From Octopus vulgaris (taxonomy: Eukaryota), in assembly GCA_951406725.2 (NCBI GenBank), contig OX597815.1:25482001-25546000 (forward strand): DNA of 64,000 nt. The letters run 5' to 3'. The translations under genes and the position numbers were made by a program. How positions within the stretch are numbered: position 1 is the first letter of the stretch; the number at the start of each line of letters is the position of its first letter. The notes under the pieces are model-generated. The model saw only the letters and a program-made list of their open reading frames with translations, made no database searches and was not told where the DNA came from. This document shows positions 36,101 through 46,100 of the stretch, piece by piece.

Positions 36101-39100
36101 TCTGCTGGTATGATCAATTAATACAAATGTGGGAAAAATGGATATGGAAATAAGAGTAATGTTGATAATAATTAGCATAGAATATTATTGAATTTTGTTG
36201 CTAATTATTAAGTTTTAGTGCACATGTATAGGCACAGGTGTGGCTGTGTGGTAAGAAGCTTGCTTCCTAATCACATGGTTTTGGGTTCAGTCCCACTGCA
36301 TGGCACTTTGGGCAGGTGTCTTCTATAACCAAGGGCCAACCAAAACCTTGTTGATGGAAACTATGGAAGTTCATCATATTTGTATATATTTGTGTGTCTT
36401 AGTGTCTCTTAGCTTCGACATCGCATGAAAGCTGTAAATGAGTGTCAGTGTCATACAAGCAGTGTCGTTCATTTTCAATCCATGAAAACATGTCTGGTCA
36501 TGGGGGAATGTGACCCTACTTGGAAATGGGCAAGTGTTGGCAATAGGAAGGACATCTAGCTGTAAAATATTCACCTCCACAATTTCTTTCGGACCCATGT
36601 GAGCATTAAAAATGATGATTTTTGTTCTAATGATATAAAAACAATTGTGCATACTTTCATTTCTTGTAGGTTTTTCTATGCCCACTTTGGATACTCTTGA
36701 AAATATAATGAAATTATCTCAGCTGCTAACCCAAGCTCTTCAGGAGAAGTCCCCTGCTCTTCTTCAGCTGCCTTGCATAACACAGGATATGTTGAAATAC
36801 TTTGTTTGTCGTAAAGTAAGATATTGATTCTTGTATATAATCTAGTCATTCAGTATTATAGACAAACATTAACTTTTAACCTTTGTATTTTTTTCATTGA
36901 TTATGAAGTATGTGAATGATGCAGATAAAAACATTTACAAGATTTAAATCTCTTTTATATTTCTATTTCAAATCTCACATGATGGTAAAATTAAAAGTAA
37001 TATACATTAAAGGCGGTGCTCCAGCATGGCCGCAGTCAAATGACTGAGACAAGTAAAAGAGTAAAAGAGAGTATACAGGGGAGAGTTCAATCGACTATTA
37101 TTTCTTTTCTAACAGTTAGCACCTGTGCCTGCTGTATCATTACAATCTCTATACAAAAACTAAAATAATTTCTGCTGTATTGGAACTAATATAAATAGAG
37201 CCTGGTGCAGCCTCTGGCTCACTGGTCCTCAGTCAAACCGTCCAACCCATGCCAGGATGGAAAGCGGATGTTAAACAATGACGAATGATGAATAATACTT
37301 TTTCATGAGAAATATTAAAATGTAAAAATATTAATGTTTTTAATTATGTGTGTGTGTATATATATATGTAAATATATATGTAAGAAAATATACATTTGTA
37401 ATCTTTTAGAGAAATATTCGAAGTGTGAAAGACTTTTTGCTCATGAAAGATGATGACCGTCGATTCATTCTTCGTAACTTGAGTGATGATGAATATAAAA
37501 ATTTACTGGATGTTGCTGCATCTATGCCTTATATAACATTTGAAGTAAAGTCTGAAGGTAACTATTTCATCTCATCTTGACTTGATATTTCTTGAAATAC
37601 CTATTTCTTTACTACCCGCAAAGGGCTAAACACAGAAAGGACAGACAAACGGATTAAGTTGATTATATCGACCCCAGTGCGTAACTGGTACTTATTTAAT
37701 CGACCCTGAAAGGATGAAAGGCAAAGTCGACCTCGGCGGAATTTGAACTCAGAACGTAGCGGCAGATGAAATACTGCTAAGCATTTCGCCCAGCGTGCTA
37801 ACGTTTCTGCCAGCTCGCCGCCTTTTTCTTGAAATACCTGTTATGGAGATTTCTGTTACAACTTTGTTTTTATGGAAGTATTTCTTTCTTTAATACTTTG
37901 AATTTGATTGGCATACATTAAGGTAGAATTTGTTCTTTTTTTTTATTATTTCTCTGATGTATTTGGACTTGTTTTGATAATTTCAAAATAGGAAGTTTGT
38001 GACCCACTGTTCTTGAGGAGACCTATTGAGTCAAGTACATCAACAGCAAAATAAAAATTCAAATGGAATGACCATAGAAAGGCTGGAGGGTGCAACGTCT
38101 GGAACTTGTGGCTGTAACAACCAGAATGCGGATATTAATTTGAATATATCCATGTATAATAATAATAATTAAATATCTCCAGAATTCAAACTAAAATTTC
38201 TTTCTTTTATAAAGAACGACCTATTTTATTACATGACTGTCATGGCTGGCACACTGGATAAATACTATCTAATCTCTTTCCAAAGCTCATTGCTTAACCT
38301 TAGTAAAGATATCAGATCCATACATGCTCAAAAATGCATACTTCTGTTCCATTGAGGACCGTCTGTATATATTTATGTCAGTCACTTGATTTAACTAAAT
38401 CTTACTTTATGATTTAAATTCCTTTGAAACTGAATAACAGCTACTGATATAATCTCTTGACAAAGGCCTATTTTTTTGCACGGTGACTTGATATCTTGTT
38501 TTGAAAGTTCCTAAAACTTATGTATCCATCAAAACATTTGTTTCTGTTTTTAATAAGAATTTGATTATGATGATGTATATGGTGGTAGTTGTTACAGTGC
38601 TTGTATTGATAATGCTAGAACTAGAACTTGTAGTGATAATGCAGGAGTTGTCTCCATAATTTTGCTTTCAACTAGTTAGATAAAAAAGTTATTCGATATG
38701 GCTAGTAACACGTTTTTGTTTCTTTAATTTTCAGTCATTGATGATGATGATTCAACCATCACAGCTGGTTCTATTGTGACTGTGACAGTAAACCTCAAGC
38801 GGGAAAGCATGGGTGATCATTTTAGAAACAATACCGATTCCCCAAGTAAAAAGGACGATAAGAAAGAAATGATTGAAGCCGAGGATCTTTATGCAAAAGA
38901 AGAGGCTGAAAGCAGGGTTTGTATTTGATTCATCCCAATTTTATCTGAAACTAGCACTATGACCCGGGTCATAGTGCTAGTACATGCATATACAGCTGCG
39001 TGCATGCACACATACACACGAGTACTGTCCAAATCTCCGACCAATCACATACAGCTAGCTGGCATTCAATTGGTGTATCAAGTTTCGGGCATTTTGATTG

Positions 39101-39300
39101 GGTTTTGGATAGAAAATTCACAAAAAAGTCACTTCTATTGATTTTTTAATGGCTTTGAGAGGTGACTGGGGAAATGTAAAGATGTGCACGACCACCCTTT
39201 GACGGTTTTGAATGACCATAGAAAGTGCGAGCCCTCTAACTGAAAAATTGTGGATTTTTATAAAGGACATGCACACACAGACAGACAGACATTTTGCCGT

Positions 39301-39331
<31 letters not shown>

Positions 39332-42300
39332 TGTGTACAGTGCTCAGGTGCACTACAACTCATCTAAAGTGTATATATAATCAGGTGTAGTTTCGGCGGA
39401 TTTCGGAAAGCATGAGGGCCTTAAAGGATGCAGTGTCATGGCAGTCAACAACTGACGCAGGCAGTTTATTCCATGCTTCAGCAACTCTGAGCGTGAAAAA
39501 ATGTTTCCGAAAGTCATGGGAGCTGTGTTGTTTTCTGACTTTGTAGGCATGACCACGTGTGTTAGACACATGGAGATCAAAAAGGTGTTCAGTGTTGTTG
39601 TTGGTGAGGTGGTTGATAACTTTGTGGGTGTTTACCAAGTCCGTCGCCAGACGCCGGAGCTTCAGTGAATCCATGCCCAGGGAAACAAGGCGCTCAGAAT
39701 ATGGTAGGTGTCTGATGGAGGGTATGCGTTTGGTTGCACGTCTCTGGACAGATTCCAGGAGGTCAATGTTCTGAGCAAGATAGGGGTTCCAAACTGATGA
39801 TGCGAATTCCAAGTGTGGTCGTATCATAGCTGTATACAGTTTTAAATAGATGGCTGGAGAGCGGCTAACAAAAGTCTTGCTGAGTGATGCCAAGACACCC
39901 TCGGCCTTCTTGACAATTTTAGAGATATGCTTTGTCCAACGCAAATCACTGCTGACAGTGATGCCTAGGTCAATCTCGCAAGAGGATTTCTTGATATCAG
40001 TGTTGTGGAGGGAGTATGTGGACGCAGGGTTTTTTCTCCCAAAATGCATGGTGGTACACTTGTCCACAGCCAGTTTCAGTTGCCAGTCTGTGATCCATTG
40101 CTGCATTGTGTCTAGGTCTGATTGCAGGAAAGAGTTGTAGACATCAGGATCTGTCCTCTTATAGAGAGAGATGTTTGTTTTCCATGCAAATATATGTCAG
40201 TATCTTGAAAACATTAAATAAATTGCTGTATTTGTTACAGAGTGCTTACTTTATGAGAGAATCACTACTTATCTGGCTCATATGATTTACATCTTATTCT
40301 GTTTCTCAAGCACAATAGCAAGGGAGTTAAAATTTAATGGACTGTTGAACATATGACTGTTTGGCTGCTAAGTATTTCTAGTCAAGAAATTCATTTCATC
40401 AACTATCTGTGGGTGGGGAAAGAAGAGACTACACAGTGATGGTAAACATCTCCTTTAAGAATTTACAAATACTTGAGATTTTATGATGCATCCCATCTGT
40501 GCTATCAGGAAAAAAGAAAAAGAAAAAAAATTAAAGACAAGTGGTGTCTAAAGCAATTAGTTGATCCCCAACCCATCTAGGTGCTAGTAGCTCCAATAAG
40601 AAACAGTTTGAACTGTGACATCCTTTCCAGTCCATGGCCACAAGGAAAAATATGGAAAATGATGATTACTCCTGGTCCATTGTTATCTCCCCACACTATC
40701 AATCACTTCGTTATTGAGTTGCAGTTGTGGCTGTAGTTAAGAAGTTTGCTTCCCATGCACATGGTTTCAGGTTCAGTCACACTGTGTGGCACCTTTGGCA
40801 CGTGATTTCTGAGCCTGGGCTGATCAAAGCCATGTGAGTGAACTTGGCAATCATAAACTGAAAGAAGTCTGTTAGTGTGTGTGTGTGATTGTGTATGTGT
40901 GTGTCTTTGTCTTGACATTGCATGAGAGTTGTGAATAAATGTCATTGTCCTACATGCAGTGGCATTCATTTCCATTATTCTGCCAGAACATATCTGACCA
41001 TGTGGAAATATTACATTGCTTGGAAATATGTGAGGGGTAGTTACTGGAAGGGCACCCAGCCATAGAAAATCTGCCTCAACACATTCCGTCTGAACAATTC
41101 AAGCATGGAAAAGTGGATGGTAAAATGATGATGATGGTCCATATTTTTTCCAAGATGAATATATAGTGATGTCTGTTTGTCAAACTTCTACCTCTCTACA
41201 ATGTTTCAGTTGGCATTCTCAGCAGTGTCATATAAAAGTGCCCGTGCAGTGCCGCATAAAAATGCCTTTGTGCTGCCACATAAAAATGTCCATGTGGTAC
41301 CATGTAAAAGTGCTTGTGTGACACCACATAAAAGTGCCCAGCACACTCTGTGAAGTGGTTGGCATTAGGGAGGGCATCCAGCCATAGAAACCATACTAAA
41401 TCAGACTGGAGTCTGGTGCAGCACTCCAGCTTGCCAAGTTTGGTCAAACCGTCCAACCCATGCCAGCATGAACAATGGCTGTTAAATGATGAATGATGAT
41501 GAAAGTCTTCCTGGTTCAACCTCTGGCCTAGCTCAGGATATCATCTAAAGATGATTAGAGAATATACAGATTGAAATGCATCAACAATATATAGAAGTTG
41601 AGGTTATTTCTTGCAAATGCTAAAATGTTCAAAACTAGCTTGCCTAGTAAAATGAATTCAATGTTTTACTTCTTAATAGTTTAACTATTCTGTTAGCACA
41701 AGTATCTCAAATCAGGCTGTGTTTTGTTAGAATTGACTCCTTTTCCTTGTAATAGGAAGCGCATCTAGTTGTAGAAAGAATTACTTCAGCTAATAAACCA
41801 TTCCATTTATTCAAGTTTGGAAACATTGATGTCAAAACAATTGAATCTTGTTTTGCTATAGGTCACTGAATCTCCACAGAGGAGACCTCTAAGACCCTGG
41901 GAAAAGAAAAAGAAGAAAAATAACAAGAAATCTGGCAAGAAATCTAATAAGAAAGTTAAAGGTCCACCACCCCGATCTAATGCATCTTCAGCACAGGCAG
42001 CAGCAGCAACAGCAGCAGCAGCAGAGACCAAGGAGGATAAGAAAGGAACTGTTGCTACTATTTATCCTGCTAGTTCCGAGGTATTTTATAATTTTCCGAT
42101 ATTACATTGAAGTAATTGAATATTTTCTGTTTAAACTTGATTGTATAATTATGATTGTTGCTTTGAGAAAAGTAATTTAATAAGTCATATAATTAATAAA
42201 TTCTATAATAAATTGTATAGGTGCTGCTGTGACTATTATCTACAACAGTGGTTTTCAACCAGGGTTCCGCGGAACCTTAGGGTTCCACCAGTACTGTCCA

Positions 42301-42827
42301 GGGGTTCCGCAAGAAGTTACAAAACTGCTAAAATCGGCAGTAATTTTTGATTCTCCTGTGCAGATATGTGTGCATAAGACTATTAAATTATTGCACAGGA
42401 GTTCCTCGAGCCAGTGGAATGTTTCCTTGGGGTTCCGCTCCAGTAAAAAGGTTGAAAAGCACTGATCTACAATGTCACGACAAGTATATATCAAATCTGT
42501 TATAAAAGCATGTGTGAAATTAAGGGCAAAATGACATTTTGCTTGCTTCTGCTAATTTTAGCTGAAAACAAGTCCCTTGCCTAGTCAAAACAACCAATTG
42601 TTGAACTCTTGCTAGAATAACAAAGCACCCAGTATACTCTGTAAAATAATTGGCATTAAGATGGGCAACCACCCATAGAAACCTTGCCAAAGCAAATATT
42701 GGAGTCATTGAACCCATCAAATCTTGTCAAACTGTCTACTACATGCTGACCTGGAAGAAGGATGTTAAATGTTGATCAGGATTTATTTGTATGGATATGT
42801 ACATTGTGCAGATGTGCATGAGTGTAC

Positions 42828-42883
<56 letters not shown>

Positions 42884-43102
42884 ATAATAAATTGAGGGAA
42901 TATTATTCCAAACTTACAGGGAAAAATTTAATTTAGAAATATATACCAAATATATCTGTTTTATTTATTATTTTGTACATTACTTAATCATTGGTATATT
43001 ATTTCTTATCTTATATTTAATATTTCTGTTATATGTAATTTTCTAGATAGTGTAATTAAATTTTTCATCTTGAATTGATAAAAGGTATTTTTTTCAAATT
43101 TT

Positions 43103-43140
<38 letters not shown>

Positions 43141-46100
43141 GATCATCTGCATACTGAATTTCTTAGACTTGGTGTAGCAAAAGTGTTATTGTAGAGAACA
43201 AATATTGTCAAATTCTATTTCACGAACCAGAGGGATGATAAAAACTAGTAGAATTGAGTGCAGGGATCTTTAAACTTGATTATATGTTTCTGTTTGCAGA
43301 ATGATTTCTTAGATTTGTATGTGTATTGTATATTAAAAATATATTGCATTTAATTCAGCCAGCAGAGGTTGAGAATGGTAAAGGAGAGAGTGAAAATGGG
43401 TCCGATCACGAAGGAAGTGAAAACTCTGATGAGGATTTAAAAGACGGCAACTGGAAAGATAATCCTAATGGAAAAGATGATGATGAAGACTGGTCTAAGT
43501 ATCAGGCTGATATAAAGAAGGAAACCATTTTAGAAACAAAATCTAAAGAAAGTCATCCTGTTCATTGTCCATATTTCCCTATTGTGAGTACAATTATTTC
43601 TTTTTGGAGATATTCTCTAAGTTTTTGGAAGATGGTGATTAATTTAATGATAGTTTATAATATAATATAATGAAATTATTGTATACAGTGCTCAGGTGCA
43701 CCACAACTTGTCAGAAAATGCATATAAAGTACATGCAGTAATGTAAAAATATCTGGAAAGCGAACAATGTATGAGTCAGATACATGTTTGTGTGTGTATG
43801 GAGGGGAGAAAATCAGGTGTAGTGTTGGCGAATCTCAGAAAGCATGGAAGTTTTGAAGGATGCAGTGCTCCGACAACTAACAACTGATGCTGGCAGTTTG
43901 TTCCATGCTTCAGCAACTCTCTGCGTGAAAAAAATTTTTTCTTTTTGTTCTCATTTGTTTGGGCCCAAACCACATGGCTGTTGTGTTATATGATAAAATA
44001 GTTTACTGTTGTACAAGGTGCATCTACTGAATAATTATTTCAATGCCGAACAGAAATTTTTAAAGATTGCTGGAATTTATCATGGGAAGTTGCTTCATTA
44101 ATATAGAGAATGCAAAACTTTTACTGATGTTAAGAAAGATTAGATTGACTTTTGGCATATTTGTTGCAATAGTTTACATTGTAAACACGAACAAGGATTA
44201 ATATTTTAAATAGGCATATGATTAAACACTAGTTATACATCTCATGTGAAGGCGCATGGCTCAGTGGTTAGAGCGTCGAGCTTACGATCGTGAGGTTGTG
44301 AGCTCGAATCCCGGACCGGGCTGCGTGTTGTGTTCTTGAGCAAGGCACTTTATTTCACCTTGCTCCAGTTCACTCAGCTGTAGAAATGAGTTGCGACGTC
44401 ACTGGTGCCAAGCTGTATCGACCTTTGTCTTTCCCTTGGATAACACTGGTGGCGTGCAGAGGGGAGGCTGGTATGCATGGGCGACTGCTGGTCTTCCATA
44501 AACAACCTTGCCCGGACTTGTGTCTAGGAGGGTAACTTTCTAGGTGCAATCCCATGGTCATTCATGACCGAAGGGGGTCTTTATACATCTCATTTATTCA
44601 TCAACTCACTAACAGGAAAATATACGTCCTCTAAAAGCACCCATTCTGTTTATGACCAAAGATGTGACCAAAAATTCAACTAATCTAAAATTTAATCTTT
44701 ATATGTTCATTACTTGTACTTGTACTTGTGGCGACATTCACCCTGGGCAGGTTGAGTCGGCTTCTTGTACCACCCTCGAGGCATCTCAAACCATGGCAGC
44801 CCACGCACGGCAGTCCTACGCTAGTTCACTGGAGATAGCAAGCCAGTCACGGTTCCATCGGTGCAGGCCAACCACCTGCGGTCCCGTGAGCACAGAGAGG
44901 TCCTCCTTGATCATCGTAACCCAGGTCTTCAGCTGCCTGTCTGTGCGTTTCCACCAGTTGGGAAGTGGAGTTGGGAGAAGGACATCACGGCTCAGTTCAC
45001 CCACCGGACGCCTACATGCATGGCCAAACCACCGCAAGCGTCGTTGCAGGAGGACAGACTTCTTCCATATGTTCATTAACACTTTCTATATTCAATTTTA
45101 TATATTTGTTGAATACGTAATACCTAGGGCAACATCAACCTATTTCGAATATGGTAATGTTAACTGGGAATGTCTATATATATATGTGTGTGGACATTTA
45201 TAGATAACTCCATAGCATATGCAAAATACAAAGTTTTCTTGACTTGTTGGTTCTGGAGGAGGAGGCGGTGTTCATGGCTTTTGTAGGTCCTCTTGGATCA
45301 GTCAAATTATTACTTTAACCCTTTAGTGTTTGCATTATTCTACCAAAATTAATGCTTTTTCATCCACATTGCCTTGAACTAATCATGCATTATCTTGTAG
45401 CTATGAGATTTTGATGAGGTAGCTGTTAATTTTTAAAATGATATTGTAGGGTTGGTGTGAGAGACCAGATCTGGCCAGTTTAAACATAACACAGGCAGAA
45501 TACTTTTGGCCAGATATGACCAGTTTAAATGCTAAAGGGTTAATGTGCCACTTGAGCCTCTGTTAAGTCAACACATGTGGTTACGATATGAGCAGGGTGG
45601 GAATTCCAGGGAGCTATTCTTTTGGGAAGGAAAGAGGAGTGGTTTAGGATTGATTTATGCTTGTTAATTGAGTTCAATTATTATTTGATGACATCTTTTA
45701 TGTTTCTGTTGAATTGTAGGAAAAACAGGAGTGTTGGTGGCTGTACATTGCCGACCGGAAACAGAAAATGCTTATATCTGCACCTGTGTTTATTTCGAGC
45801 TTAAAGTATGAAGAAAAGGTAACTCTTGATTTAGACATTGCATTAAATTTCTAATCAAGAAATATTAATTTGTATGATAGCCTAATCTGCAATGTGCTAC
45901 AGTTGTTATTCCTTTCTCATCCTACCAATATTAACCCTTTTGATGCTAGTATCTAAGACAATGTTATTTATATATTTTTTCCTGTAGATTGAAGTAAAAT
46001 TTTCTGCACCAAGAAAACCTGGCATTTACCATTATTCAGTCTATTTGAGATCTGATTCCTATTTAGATTCGGACCAAGTGCATGGTTTAAGGGTAAGTGA

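Noticed and set aside
39381-40106. Nested antisense protein-coding gene
   Set aside because: 5'-truncated CR1 LINE RT C-terminus with three paralogous fragments in the window
41980-42180. Poly-Q ORF
   Set aside because: Alternative frame of the poly-Ala tract in SEC63 exon 15
43357-43367. Tandem alternative acceptors (cagccagcagag) at exon 16
   Set aside because: The two CAG alternatives are out of frame and no evidence of use is visible from sequence
44249-44325. tRNA gene (also 25097, 29590-29664 and 33974)
   Set aside because: The tRNA-like heads continue into repeat bodies (three with clear TSDs), have no proper acceptor stem and no poly-T terminator; they are SINEs
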